A program made the position numbers and the translations under genes. A stretch of DNA of 64,000 bases from Caecitellus pseudoparvulus (taxonomy: Eukaryota > Protista > Bigyra: Bicosoecida). Of the stretch, positions 29,538 through 42,825 are shown piece after piece (position 1 is the stretch's first letter; each line of letters begins with the position of its first letter). The notes under the pieces are model-generated. The model ran no database searches. It had not been told where the DNA came from and saw nothing but the letters and a program-made list of their open reading frames with translations. The stretch covers positions 1 to 64,000 of the forward strand of contig CBFFRQ010000041.1 in NCBI GenBank assembly GCA_965644315.1, in the 5' to 3' direction.

Positions 29538-31286
29538 ATGCAATCGAGCAATGGCACCTTCCTCAACGGCCTAGCTCGCAGCCTGGAATACGGTCAGGCG
29601 TGTTCCAAGTATTCAGAAAGCATAAGGTATTCTTCCTCCTCTTGCTGCTGTGCCTCGCGGGTAAGTTCCCGCTGCAGACCGTTGAGCAGCCTCGCACAGT
29701 GTGGCCACCGCGCTTCTGGCTGCGGCACAGGACTCCTTGTCCCCGTTCACCTGGTTTGGAGGACGTTGGCGATGAAGAGCCCAAGTCCAGCAGAAAAAGC
29801 ATCGAAGTCGTACTGTGCTGCCGTTACTCAATTGTCCCGGAACGGCTCGCTGCCAGCTGCGCGTGTCGCGCAGCCCTTGTCGGCCACAAGCACCGCTTCC
29901 AAGCCTGGCCTGGCCCCACAAGCCATGCTGCGCGACCTGTGCAGCATCGGCCCTGTGCTGCAGCCCCTCTTGCTTGCCATTGATCAGCAGAAAGCATACG
30001 GCCAGGCTTCAAACCAGGCCATTGAAGTGGACGGCCTGCTGGCGAAGGCGCTGCAGCTGGAGGCCACGCCGCTCCTGCCGCCGTGCATCTCGGGTGTGCC
30101 CACCCACGAAGTGGTGCGGTGGCAGCCGGCGGTTCATACTGCTGCCAAGGCCGCCTCGCGGTGCTGGAGCTCTCTGGACGTGCGTGAGCTGGCCCCCGGG
30201 CTGAACGTGAGCCACGGCACGTCGCTGCCGGTGCGGGCCACGTCCCAGTTCCTTCGCGAGGAGGGTGTGCATGATGGCGTGCGGACCAGGACTGCCAGGG
30301 GCGGTGTGGGGTGGCTGCCTGTGGGGGATAAAGACAGGTACTGCTATGTGCAGTGGAGGCTGGGGGTGGCAGGGCAGCAGGAGGCGGCCCACGTGCCGTT
30401 GCAACCGTGGCCAGACTCATATTCACCCGATGACGCAGGCCTGCTTCATGCCCGCCAGGCGGCGGAGCGGGATGGCGTGCACCACGTGGAGTTCCTAGGC
30501 AGCGAGGCCATATTCAGAGAGGGCAGGGATGCCGTCAGGGTGTCAAACCTGTGGCTCAGCCACAACCTGCACGCCATGGCGGCGTGGATGGTCACGCTGG
30601 CTTTTGGCCCTGGCGCGGCGGTGGCCGGCGTGCACGTGCGACGCGGGGACTGGGCCGCCGCGTGTGGCGCCGACCAGAACTGCCTGGTGACGGACGCGCA
30701 GTACACGGTGGCACTGGTGTCTGCCATGCAGCGGCATCGACTGCGGCACGTGTATGTGGCCAGCAATGACGCCGGCCCGTTCGTGGCGCGCATTCGCGGG
30801 TGTCTGGCTGCAGGAGAGCCGACGCCTGCCGTGCCCGTGGCGAAGTTGGACAGCTTGCAGACACCACGCCTGCCCATGCTACCACACGCGCCTCCGCAGC
30901 CATTCAGTGCGCAGCTGGCGCCGAGTGTCGTGTCCCTTGCGGATGTGCTGCCGTGGATGCAGGCTGCATGTGCTGGTTGGCCAGCTGGGGCCCCAGCTGC
31001 GGAGCGTGCGATGGTGCGGGTACAGGATCCATCAGGGCAGCATGTGCACGACTATAGCCTGGCCGGGGCCTGCGCCAGCCTGAGAAGGTGGCAGTTCAAA
31101 GGCAAGTTGTCAAGCAAGTACTTGGGATGGCTTGACAAGGCCATCTTGTCCCTGCTCAGCTGCGTAATCAGTACGCCCCGCAGCACCTTCTCCGGCCACG
31201 TGCTGCACCAGCGGCAGCTTCAGTTCGGGATTATCCCTTGCGATCACATCGCCACGAAGCTGCTGCCGTCAGCGTGGGTCACGTAA
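29538..31286 (+). CDS. GDP-fucose protein O-fucosyltransferase-like glycosyltransferase (5' structure uncertain)
   Basis: GVHVRRGDW, VYVASND, DKAIL...STPRSTFS motifs typical of POFUT/GT-B fucosyltransferases. Confidence 0.7.
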   Translation: MQSSNGTFLNGLARSLEYGQACSKYSESIRYSSSSCCCASRVSSRCRPLSSLAQCGHRASGCGTGLLVPVHLVWRTLAMKSPSPAEKASKSYCAAVTQLSRNGSLPAARVAQPLSATSTASKPGLAPQAMLRDLCSIGPVLQPLLLAIDQQKAYGQASNQAIEVDGLLAKALQLEATPLLPPCISGVPTHEVVRWQPAVHTAAKAASRCWSSLDVRELAPGLNVSHGTSLPVRATSQFLREEGVHDGVRTRTARGGVGWLPVGDKDRYCYVQWRLGVAGQQEAAHVPLQPWPDSYSPDDAGLLHARQAAERDGVHHVEFLGSEAIFREGRDAVRVSNLWLSHNLHAMAAWMVTLAFGPGAAVAGVHVRRGDWAAACGADQNCLVTDAQYTVALVSAMQRHRLRHVYVASNDAGPFVARIRGCLAAGEPTPAVPVAKLDSLQTPRLPMLPHAPPQPFSAQLAPSVVSLADVLPWMQAACAGWPAGAPAAERAMVRVQDPSGQHVHDYSLAGACASLRRWQFKGKLSSKYLGWLDKAILSLLSCVISTPRSTFSGHVLHQRQLQFGIIPCDHIATKLLPSAWVT

Positions 31287-31293
31287 GCTATGA

Positions 31294-31301
31294 AATGCAT
31301 T
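31294..31301. promoter_or_regulatory. Palindromic AATGCATT, candidate bidirectional 3'-end/polyadenylation signal between convergent genes
   Basis: Lies in an 18-nt gap between two convergent stop codons. The same motif occurs at 45819 and 63796. Confidence 0.55.
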
Positions 31302-31304
31302 GTG

Positions 31305-31677
31305 TCACTCTGCGTTGCCCAAGGCAAAGTACAGGATCAGCCCCAGCACCAACAGAGCAGCGATGCCACCGAGGACGAGTGTCGTAGGGTCATCTGAGTT
31401 GTCCCCCGTTGACCAGTCTGTGGGTAGGCGGGAGGCAAAGAGGCCATGGAGCGCCGCCGGTGCAGGGTGGACCACATCATGAAGCACACGCACTCTTCCG
31501 GTTGGAAACAACTCCTGCCTTGGCACGCAGCTGTGCAGCTGAGAGCTGGTCATCTGGCACACCACCCTGGTGGTACCTGCGCCTCAGTTCCCCGGCGGAC
31601 ATTTGGTCGTCTGTTTCAGCGGCAGGCAGGGGCGGGGTGTCGCGGTGTGAGTTTCGCATGGGCGTTTCACTCCCCAC
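31305..31677 (-). CDS. Small spliced tail-anchored membrane protein, unknown function
   Basis: Exon QMSAGELRRRYHQGGVPDDQLSAAQLRAKAGV, then a likely intron, then an exon ending in a hydrophobic TM (LVLGGIAALLVLGLILYFAL). TGCATT lies downstream. Confidence 0.55.
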
Positions 31678-31981
31678 GCACCAGCCATTGCAGCACGAAA
31701 GCGCGGCCTGAGAAGCGAGGGAGCACGGGAAAGGAGTGCAAGTCGTAGTGCATTAAGCGCATCTGTGAATCTCTGCGGCTGCATGTGACGCAAAAGCTTG
31801 TCCCAGCAGCACTCACACGACTTCGCTCTCGGCACCAAGTGCCAAGTGGCAAGGGATGGCCTCTGAGCCTGGGCTCCCGAGCAGCCGTGCGAGGGTATCG
31901 GTGGGAAGAAGACGCAAGACTGTGGCGTAGTGGGGCTTCCAGGAGCTTGCTTGTTTTGAGCTGCATTGGTGCCGCTCTGCG

Positions 31982-34900
31982 TCAAGCCGAGCCCGCCTCG
32001 GCCGCACCTCCCTGCGCGCCGCCACCGCCAGGAGTGGACCTCAAAGCACCACGGCGACGGCGGAAAGATCGCTGGAGGCCTGAGACAGCCACAAGAAAAG
32101 CGGCCTGGGTCGAGCAGAGGCAGAGGATGCTGTCGCAGGGCAGGATCAGCGTGTCTCGCGCAGGGCCGATGATGATGCCGCGGTCTGGCACTGGCAAGTC
32201 GCGCTGGGTGGAGGACAGGTCTTCCAACAGGCTGGGATGCAAAAAACAAGGATGTGGAGAGGGCGTCCTGCCCCCCAGCGCCCGCTCCTGTCTTGGCGCA
32301 GAAGCTGCGCCTGGGGATGGGGGTGCGCCGCCTTCGGAGTCGACGGGCACGGGGGGCGGGACGGGTGCCCCGTCGAGCGTTGGCGGCGCGACGGCGTACT
32401 CCTCCTGAGCTCCCGTGCGCATGCGCTGCTTGATGTGTCCCACACGGTGCTGCAAGAGCTCGGCAGGGCCCGGGCGCTGCGCTTGCCGGACGATGCCCAG
32501 CACCGTGAGGCCGTACTGCGTGCACAGCACGCGGTGCGCGGCGCCGTATGTCGGCACGTACAGCAGCTCGTCATGACCGCCAAGGGGCACTTGGTCCAGC
32601 TCCATGCACTGCGCCAGCATGTACGGTGACAGCATGAGGGTCTGCAGGGAGAGGGAGCTGTTGTTCAGGAAGGTGTCCACGAGGGGGATGAGGGAGGGCT
32701 GGAACCAGGAGCCCACCAGCAAGGCCGCCGTGCCGCCCGAGGAGATGGTGGTGCCGCTGGCCAACAGCCCAGTCGCCACAGCACGCTGCTTCGAGGTCAG
32801 CAACTGCCACGTGACGGCGTGCAGGGGGCCCTCGGTGCCCTCTGCCTCCTCCTCCACTGCGTGGGCCAGGCGCAAGTGCCGCCAAATGCGCCGCAGGGGG
32901 GTGCTCAGAGCTGCCCCACGCGTGCGCAGATACCGGCGATGGCGCGCTCGGGCCTCGCTCGCGGCTGGGGAGGCGGTGGGTGGCGTGCTGTGCCCAGACA
33001 GAGTCAGCACTGCCGGGAGCAGGGACAGCCCCGCTTCCCCCGTGAACAGGACACTGGCCTTGGTGAGGGAAGGCAGCACCTTGTGCAGGGCTGCCGTGCA
33101 GAGCAAGACACTGGTGTCGACGTCTCCATGCCGCGCACCATCCGCGGGTGCAGAGGTGGAGGACATGACCAGCACACGTGCAGCCGTGAGGGCGCCGGCA
33201 CTGATGATGTCCCGCACGTCCCATGCTCGTCCGAACTGGTAGCAGACGGGGGCAGGCGGCTCGTGAATGAGCAGGGGTGACTGCTCCACAAAGCACGACA
33301 CGCCAACGTCACTGCCTGGTTGCAGGAGCATGAGGATGGGCCGGCTGGAGAGGGCGTGCCCGGGCTCCCGCAGCAACTGCAGCAGCTGCTGCAGGGCTGG
33401 CACATCCACAGCGACTGGGCACATGATGAGGATGTGCCCTCCCCGCACTGGCATGGTAGCAGGGGCGGGGCTGGGCAGGTACCGGCCGCGCAGCATCTGC
33501 TGCCGCACCTCCAGCGCCGTCAAGGCACGCTGGTCGTGGTCCCGCAGCCGGTGGATGGCACGGAACTGCGCCTGCCCCACGCTCGCAGTGGGCGACTCGG
33601 TGGCTTCGTGTGCCATCTCCTGTGTCAGCTCCTCTGCTCCCTCGGACACCAGGTCCGCCAGTGCCACCGCCACACGGCTCGCTCGTGGGGTGCACGGCAC
33701 AGGGCAGGCATCCCTCCACTTGCGCAGGTCCATGATGCAGATGTGCTTGAACATGGCCTCATTGGGTGCAACGCCAAAGACGCGCTGCCCAGCATACAGC
33801 CGACTGGAGCCGGCTGCACCAGCCATGGAGATTTGGCCGTCAGGCATCTCCACCCCGATCAAGTGCACGCCACAGGAGTGGTTGTACTTGTTCACCAGCG
33901 CATCCATGGCCTCCTCTGTGCCGTCTGAGGGGGCCCACATGCGACTGCAGGGTGCGCAGAGGCCGCTGGTTTGCTCCTCCCTGGACACACGCGCTTCCAG
34001 CCGCTTGGACAAGCGGTCGCTCACCACCCCGCCCTCCCGGCGGCTGTGGGTGGACAGGAAGTACACTGCCGCTGCTGCCTCGGAGAACAGGACACCTTCG
34101 AAACCTCGCCCCTCTGGCAGGGTGACGGAGTAAATCTCATTCCCTGACCCGACAGCGTACTCGAGCTGGGTTGGGGAGTAGCAGTTCGACATGACTGGTT
34201 GAGTGGCCACCAGCAAGTTGCGCAGGGCCGGGGCGAAGCCAGGCACCACCGCATTCAGCGCCGCCAAGCTCATGTCGAACTTGGCGGCGCACACAATGCA
34301 GGTGCGGGGAATGCCGAGGCTCAGCGCGTGCTGCACTGACGCGGGCAGTCGCAGCAGCACCCGAATGGCGGCTTCACCCTGGCGCCCGCCCTGCTTCCAC
34401 GTCTGCATGCACCGCATGGCCATCTGCAACGCCAGCTCGTCTGCAACACTTGCATCGGGGTACGTCGCGTCGGAGATGACAAAGGCTGCTTTGGCAGCAC
34501 CCACCGCGACCCTGGACAGCTGCCGCTCCTCCAGCGGGCTGCCTTGGCAGTACATGACGCAGCCGGAGCCGCTGAAGGGCACCCGGTGGCGGGAAATGGA
34601 GGAGTCGTCGATTCCCGACACCTGCCGCGTGGCCTCCGTCTCACGCTCCACCTCTGCCAGCCCCCGCTCCAACCAGGCACGGCTCGTCCAGTAGCAGTAC
34701 CACGAGTACTCAGACGTGACGAGGAAGCGGCGGAGGGAGGCGGAGATGCCAGATTCGGGACACAGCACGACAGTGCGCAGGTCGCCCCCCGTGCCTTGCA
34801 TGTGTGCGTGGTCCTCATGGTACAGCTCCCCCAGCAACTCCAGCAACTGGGCAGCACACACTGTACCAGGTGCCCCCAACACCACGACGTGCTCGCCCAT

Positions 34901-36310
34901 GGTGGCGGGGGAGAACGCAGCTGACTCCCATGGTCGCTGGCGACTCTGCAGGAGGTCCAGCAGGGAGGAGGCGGCGTTACCGAAGGCAATGACACCCAGG
35001 ATGATGACTGCCAGCGTGAACAGGCGGGCCACGACGGTGACTGCCGAGAAGTCGCCGTAGCCGACGGTGGAGATGGTGATGAGCAGGAAGTAGAAGGAGG
35101 TGAAGGGCGACATGACCTCGTCCGAGCACGCGTCGCTGGACGTGTGCGCCACCGACCCATCCTCACACTCGTAGTGCTTCCACAGCCAGTTCTCATCGGA
35201 GGCTTGCCGCAGTGCGGGAACCTCCCCCACCACTTCCAGCACGTACACTATGACGCTGGCCACGAACAGGCCTGCGAGCGTGGACAGCAGGAACGAGCTC
35301 AGCTGCCAGCAAAAGCCCTCCGTGGAGGGGCACAGGCGCTGACAACGCCTGCCTGCCCGGTGCAGCTGCACGGCGGCGCCCCGTGACCACACAGTGCCCT
35401 CTTCCTCGTTGGTGGCGGCGGTTGTCAGCAGGGCGCCGTCGTCCTCGTCGGCGCCCTGCTGCAGGGGCTTCTGCCCGCTGCCCCCGTGCCCCAGAACCAC
35501 CGACATGGCCATGCGGCTGTACTGTTGTGCCAACTTGGCCACGTCAGCGAGGATGCCAAACAGCTCTGACAGGAACATGGCCCGCACAAAGGACAGGTCG
35601 AACCAAGTGCGCGCATAGACGAAGTCCTGCCCCAGCACGCCCCGAGCATCAGGTGGCAGGCACAGCTCCCCCATGCGGAAGCTGCCATCTGTGATGGGCC
35701 ACTTACACTCCACTGTCAGCAGCAGGGCGAAGGAGGTGAGGCTCAGCACGTCCATGATGGTGCTGCCCTGCAGCATGGGCGCGAGCGAGCCCAGCGGGAA
35801 GCTCAGGATGCGCAGGAGCAGGTTCAGGGTGAAGAGCAGGTGCGCAGTGAGGTCCAGGACGATCAAATCATCCAGGTAGTGCTGGCCTGCCATGCGCAGC
35901 AAGAACGACACCGTGATGTACACACTGGGCACAGTTTGAGTGAAAAAACGGGCGAGCAGCACGAGGCCCGGGTTGGCCTTGATGCAGGCAGCCACCCACG
36001 TGCTGTCTGGGCCCCCCTCTTCATCGATGTCGTCCTGGGCGTCCTCGGCGTCCTCTTCTTCCGCGAACACAGCCGTGTACGCCCTCTTGCAGCAGGACTG
36101 CACGGTGGCCTTCAACAGGCCGATGGTGCCGAGAACAGCCACGACGGCGACCCACACAACGAGGCTCCACAGCACCACCGCCCAGACAAAGTCCCACGAA
36201 ACCACACACGCAGTCTCGCCGGCGACGTTGGAGCAGCCCCAGGCGTCCCACTCGCCCCGCCGCAGCAGCAGGTGGGACAAGGACTGATCGATCAGTACCC
36301 TGTTGGACAT
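31982..36310 (-). CDS. Calcium-activated (BK/Slo-type) potassium channel alpha subunit
   Basis: Pore FYFLLITISTVGYGDF, TM segments, RCK-like segments (EHVVVLG, YCQGSPL...AKAAFVI, GHILIM, FGRAWDVRDIISAG). Confidence 0.88.
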   Translation of the reverse strand: MSNRVLIDQSLSHLLLRRGEWDAWGCSNVAGETACVVSWDFVWAVVLWSLVVWVAVVAVLGTIGLLKATVQSCCKRAYTAVFAEEEDAEDAQDDIDEEGGPDSTWVAACIKANPGLVLLARFFTQTVPSVYITVSFLLRMAGQHYLDDLIVLDLTAHLLFTLNLLLRILSFPLGSLAPMLQGSTIMDVLSLTSFALLLTVECKWPITDGSFRMGELCLPPDARGVLGQDFVYARTWFDLSFVRAMFLSELFGILADVAKLAQQYSRMAMSVVLGHGGSGQKPLQQGADEDDGALLTTAATNEEEGTVWSRGAAVQLHRAGRRCQRLCPSTEGFCWQLSSFLLSTLAGLFVASVIVYVLEVVGEVPALRQASDENWLWKHYECEDGSVAHTSSDACSDEVMSPFTSFYFLLITISTVGYGDFSAVTVVARLFTLAVIILGVIAFGNAASSLLDLLQSRQRPWESAAFSPATMGEHVVVLGAPGTVCAAQLLELLGELYHEDHAHMQGTGGDLRTVVLCPESGISASLRRFLVTSEYSWYCYWTSRAWLERGLAEVERETEATRQVSGIDDSSISRHRVPFSGSGCVMYCQGSPLEERQLSRVAVGAAKAAFVISDATYPDASVADELALQMAMRCMQTWKQGGRQGEAAIRVLLRLPASVQHALSLGIPRTCIVCAAKFDMSLAALNAVVPGFAPALRNLLVATQPVMSNCYSPTQLEYAVGSGNEIYSVTLPEGRGFEGVLFSEAAAAVYFLSTHSRREGGVVSDRLSKRLEARVSREEQTSGLCAPCSRMWAPSDGTEEAMDALVNKYNHSCGVHLIGVEMPDGQISMAGAAGSSRLYAGQRVFGVAPNEAMFKHICIMDLRKWRDACPVPCTPRASRVAVALADLVSEGAEELTQEMAHEATESPTASVGQAQFRAIHRLRDHDQRALTALEVRQQMLRGRYLPSPAPATMPVRGGHILIMCPVAVDVPALQQLLQLLREPGHALSSRPILMLLQPGSDVGVSCFVEQSPLLIHEPPAPVCYQFGRAWDVRDIISAGALTAARVLVMSSTSAPADGARHGDVDTSVLLCTAALHKVLPSLTKASVLFTGEAGLSLLPAVLTLSGHSTPPTASPAASEARARHRRYLRTRGAALSTPLRRIWRHLRLAHAVEEEAEGTEGPLHAVTWQLLTSKQRAVATGLLASGTTISSGGTAALLVGSWFQPSLIPLVDTFLNNSSLSLQTLMLSPYMLAQCMELDQVPLGGHDELLYVPTYGAAHRVLCTQYGLTVLGIVRQAQRPGPAELLQHRVGHIKQRMRTGAQEEYAVAPPTLDGAPVPPPVPVDSEGGAPPSPGAASAPRQERALGGRTPSPHPCFLHPSLLEDLSSTQRDLPVPDRGIIIGPARDTLILPCDSILCLCSTQAAFLVAVSGLQRSFRRRRGALRSTPGGGGAQGGAAEAGSA

Positions 36311-36798
36311 GTTGCCGCCCTGCCGCGCAACGTCACCCTATCGGGGTGCGGTGCTCGCAGCCTGTGCCTATATCCTGTAATCAAGGAGGGCTGCGTTGCC
36401 TTGTGCCTGCGGCGCTGCCCTGCTGCCATGCACTGGTCGACAGGGAGCGGCTGACGGCAGTGGCGGAAATTGAGCCTCCGCGACGACCGCGCAGCGGGCT
36501 GACTTCTCGACAGACACTCTGGAAATGCAGTTTGTGCGGTGAAAGCAGGAAGCAGTAGTGACATCCGTGGGTGTCGTTGTGGCTTAAATTTGCCACGGGT
36601 TGAATTTTTACGCAAGAGTGCGAGGGCAAATGGGCAGCCAACCGCGTAAGAAAGTGTCGACGCGAGAGAGGAAGCCAAGTTCGCTGCATTTCGCCTGAGG
36701 CAGTGCAAGTACCTCGAGCATGCAGGTGATAGCCACAGCTGCATACTGCAGCCTTGCACACTGGCTGCCCTCCACAGGGCACTGTCGCGTGGAAAGGC

Positions 36799-37376
36799 TC
36801 ACGCGTCTCCAGCGTCGCCCTCCCCTTCGCCCGTAGCGCCTGCCTGCAAGCCACGATGATGTGGAGGGACCCCGTTGCAGTCAGCTGCGCATGTCGTGCT
36901 TGCGCAGCGTAACGTACCTGCACCATGAGCTCGCCGATGCTGGCTTCCAGATCCGCGATGCGGTCCCCCATCTGGTCAATGCGGGAGATGATGGAGGTGG
37001 ACATCTCCGTGAAACGGGATTGCTGTGCATAAAGCAGGGCCACGGCAGCAGTGAGGGCAGGGCAGTGCGCCAAAAGTTGCCCAGAGGACCAGCCTCACCA
37101 TCTGCTCCAGCAAGCTTTGCACCTGCGAAGCGCGGATGTGCAGTGTGTGCTGGCATGCGGCACCAGCCACGAACAGGCGGAAGCTAAGGCACAGCATTAT
37201 CACTTACAAATGCAGTCAACTCTTCGGGGGTCTTGGGCTGCTCCTCTGTCGGTGCAGGTGGCGCAGCGCCGTCGGGGGAAGCCTGCGCGTAACGCCAGAG
37301 GGGGCAGTTGCAAGCACTCACTGCCGCAGCAGGGAAGCTGCACTGCAGAGGCAGTACACAGTAGCCTACTCACCAT
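36799..37376 (-). CDS. HSBP1: Heat shock factor-binding protein 1 (multi-exon)
   Basis: Spliced product ...PKTPEELTAF|VQSLLEQM|QSRFTEMSTSIISRIDQMGDRIADLEASIGELMVQ|AG..., with GT-AG introns at the junctions. Confidence 0.88.
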
Positions 37377-37980
37377 GATAAATGCTGTCCTTGACTGGGC
37401 CCTTGGGCCGCTGGAGATTCCTGCTCGCCCTACGACGAAGGATCCGCTGCACTCCCGTGCTGCAGTGAAACGCCAGGAAAGTGGGTGAGCTGGAGCGAAG
37501 GACTCGTTTCGCTCGACCTTGGTGGGGGCGAAGGGTTGCATTGGGATGGTGCATTGGTTCTATCTTGTCAGTGCACTTGAGTGGACCGTCGGGAACGTCG
37601 CCCACCTGCAGGGCTGCTCACCCCTGGCGTCGCAGCACGGGACAGAGGCGGCTCCCTGGCACAACACCCGTGTGAGGACCTGTGTGCCTTGACAGAGCAG
37701 CCATGCGCTGGCTAGACGGCCCGAATCTCCTCACCAGGGCTGGGAGATGGCTGCAGCTGCGTCCCATGGACAGAGCGCCGCCCTCCCGGAGCACGTGGCC
37801 AGTGCGCAGCAACTGCTGCAGGATGCGGCAGCGGGGAGGAGCAAGCCAGGACCTACAAAGCTGCTGGCTGCGTGCAGAACCATCGTCGATTGCTCGCTTG
37901 GGCAGGATGCCGTAGACACACTCAGCACCAGTGAGCATCGGCGCAGGACGCCTGCTTGACGACGGGCAGCACGCTGCCCC

Positions 37981-39918
37981 TTGCTGTTCCTCTCAGTTTT
38001 GGGGAAGTCCACCCCACACTCCAAGGCATGTGATGAAAATAAGTTGATCAAGACCATCGTGTGCCTGCTGCAGGATGCAGCCCTCGCAGGTATCGCCCCG
38101 CGAAGCGTGCGTTTCATCTGCTGCACCCTGAAACTCCCGCCTGCTCAGCCCGCCGCGTCACGCCACACTGCCCCTCCACTACAGCAAGACTGGGGAGGGC
38201 TTTTGAAGAAGTGTGCAGATGCCAAGTACCGCCATGTCGCCATCGCCGTGGTCCGCCTCGCCAGCGTGCTGGGGCACTTGAAACCAGCAGTGGATGCGAC
38301 GTCCTTCGTCAAGGGATGCACTGCCGGGACACGCAAGGCCCGGCAGGACGCGGACAGCCGCACCGCGTCAGTGGCGGCCAAGGGCAAGGCCGAGCTCCTG
38401 GCCTCCTCCGGCATCGTCGCCTCCGTGCCTTGCACGCGCGCCGTGTCCGCCTTCCACTGCGAGGCTGTGCTGGACGCGGTGCAGCGGGGCAGTGGCCGGG
38501 AAGCGGCCGTGGGCATGGCGGCTGCTGCAGAGGTCCTGGCCAAGCACGCGGCAGGCACCCTGCCCTACCACTCGGCGGGTGATGCTGACTTCCCCGCCTT
38601 CGTCCGCCGCCTGGAGGGGGCGGTGTTCCCCGGCGGCACGCTGCGCCCTTCCCTCCTGGCGCACGCCCACCCCCTCTGCCGCCTGCTGCTGCAGCTGGCA
38701 GGCGGTGGCTACAGCCCCGTTGGCGGGAGTTGTCCGCCCCTCAGCTCCGTCACGCTGTCCTCTGCCCTGACGCCACCTGCCAGCACGCCCAGCCAGGGCG
38801 CGCAGCAGTGGACACACACCCTGCACGGGGCCCCCTGGCTCCCACCCGCCACCTCTGCCGCCGCCACACAGGCTTTGGTCACGCTCTGTGCAGCGGATGA
38901 CGTGCACCTGGCGTGTCTGGCTGCGCAAGCTGCAGCTGCGCGTGTCCCCCCCTCCAGCTCGCCCCCAGCAGAGGCACCAGGCACCCTCGCCGCGGCTGTC
39001 GCAGCTGCCAGTGCAGTGGTGGCAGCCGCCGACCTGGGGCCCGCTGCTCACGGTCTGGACCCGCCACGGCCCACGGCCAAGCCTGCCGCCACGGCAGACG
39101 GCAGGGCACCCAGCACCTCCACCACCCTGCGTGTCATGCGCACAGTTCTGGCAGTGTCTGTGGCGGCGGTTCGGAGCAAGGTGGTCCTGCCGCCTGCGTG
39201 GCCGCCAGCTCACGCCATGCGGCGCGCCCTGAGCACATGTGCCGGGCACGTGGCGTGTGTGGCTGGGCAGGCGGCTGCCTGGGCCTGCGCAGCGTGTGGT
39301 CAGTGCCCGGGCACAGTGCTGTCTGCAGCAGCCTCTGGACACCTGTCCCCTGACCAGCGAGCGCGAGTTGTGGAGAGCGTTGTAGCGGCGCAGGGGGCAG
39401 GGGTGAGCCCCGCCGGCAGTCTGGCCGGCGCCCTGCTGGCCTGTGTGCGCGACCACCCCCTGTTCTTGTCACTGCCTAGCACCCTGGCAGTGCTGGAGCT
39501 GTGCCGGGCAGCCTCCCCGCTGCCAGTGCTGCAGGCAGCTCTGGCGGCGGCACTGGCTCCCCCTCATGACTCCGGCGGGCCTGCTGTGCTACCTGCCACA
39601 GCAGCGACGCCAGATGGCTTCATGTACGCCACCAGTGCAGAGGGCAGTAGTGGCCTGCCTGCCAAGGACTTGAGCCTGCCCTTTGCGAGCCTGGAAACCA
39701 GCCCTGCCTCCGCTGCACGGGGCATGGCCCGTGCGCTGTTGGCCTGGGCAGCTCGGCATGTGCGCGAGCACTTGGAGCGCGGGCCGCCGTGTGATGCTGA
39801 GCTGCAGGCTGCACTGCAGCACGCCGAAGTGTGGGCGGAGTGGCCCAGCACAGGGCCCCCTGCTGACTTTTTGCTGCTCGCTGTGGCGGCCAGGTTGCAG
39901 CACTCGCACGGCCAGTGA
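37981..39918 (+). CDS. Hypothetical Ala-rich helical protein (5' exons probably upstream)
   Basis: 645-codon ORF with host-like codon usage and no recognisable motif. Confidence 0.45.
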   Translation: MLFLSVLGKSTPHSKACDENKLIKTIVCLLQDAALAGIAPRSVRFICCTLKLPPAQPAASRHTAPPLQQDWGGLLKKCADAKYRHVAIAVVRLASVLGHLKPAVDATSFVKGCTAGTRKARQDADSRTASVAAKGKAELLASSGIVASVPCTRAVSAFHCEAVLDAVQRGSGREAAVGMAAAAEVLAKHAAGTLPYHSAGDADFPAFVRRLEGAVFPGGTLRPSLLAHAHPLCRLLLQLAGGGYSPVGGSCPPLSSVTLSSALTPPASTPSQGAQQWTHTLHGAPWLPPATSAAATQALVTLCAADDVHLACLAAQAAAARVPPSSSPPAEAPGTLAAAVAAASAVVAAADLGPAAHGLDPPRPTAKPAATADGRAPSTSTTLRVMRTVLAVSVAAVRSKVVLPPAWPPAHAMRRALSTCAGHVACVAGQAAAWACAACGQCPGTVLSAAASGHLSPDQRARVVESVVAAQGAGVSPAGSLAGALLACVRDHPLFLSLPSTLAVLELCRAASPLPVLQAALAAALAPPHDSGGPAVLPATAATPDGFMYATSAEGSSGLPAKDLSLPFASLETSPASAARGMARALLAWAARHVREHLERGPPCDAELQAALQHAEVWAEWPSTGPPADFLLLAVAARLQHSHGQ

Positions 39919-40089
39919 GCCGCCCCGCCTCTGCAAGGGCGCAGGCCAGATCACACACAATGCGCAGATTCAAAACAAAAATTCCAATTCCCCCACTCCC
40001 ACTGAATGCTGCCTCGCAGCTTGTCTACACACCGGTGCCCCTCCATCCCCCTGCGGTTTTTGACCCGCTTTCCCAGCCCACAGCACACC

Positions 40090-42390
<2,301 letters not shown>

Positions 42391-42825
42391 GCCTGCGGAA
42401 ACTGGTGCGGCGACACTGCAAATGGCGCTTTAAAGCGGGCGCAACGCAGGGGAGCGTGAGACACGCGCGGCAGTGTGCGTGAGCGTACTGGATTTTGACA
42501 CTGTTAATGCCCAGGGACACTGCCCGGCTGCCCTACAGTTTCTCCGTGCGTGGAGAAGGAGCCTGCGCGACTGGCCGGCGTTGTGAGCACAAATGCCAGA
42601 TACACAGGCGACGCATGCAGCCAAATCCCTCCCCAGGCGCCCCGCAGCAACTTTCACTTCAGTGTATAAAATTTCGCCCCCTTTCCCTCTCAATCAGCGT
42701 GCTATAGCAACCTTGAAGCTCCGCCACACCGAACGTCTTGCGTTGCAGAGGCTGGCGTGAATTCCGCACGCCGCCTCAGGCAGGGCACGTCTGCGGGAAT
42801 GGCCCTGCGCCCCCACATCTCCAAC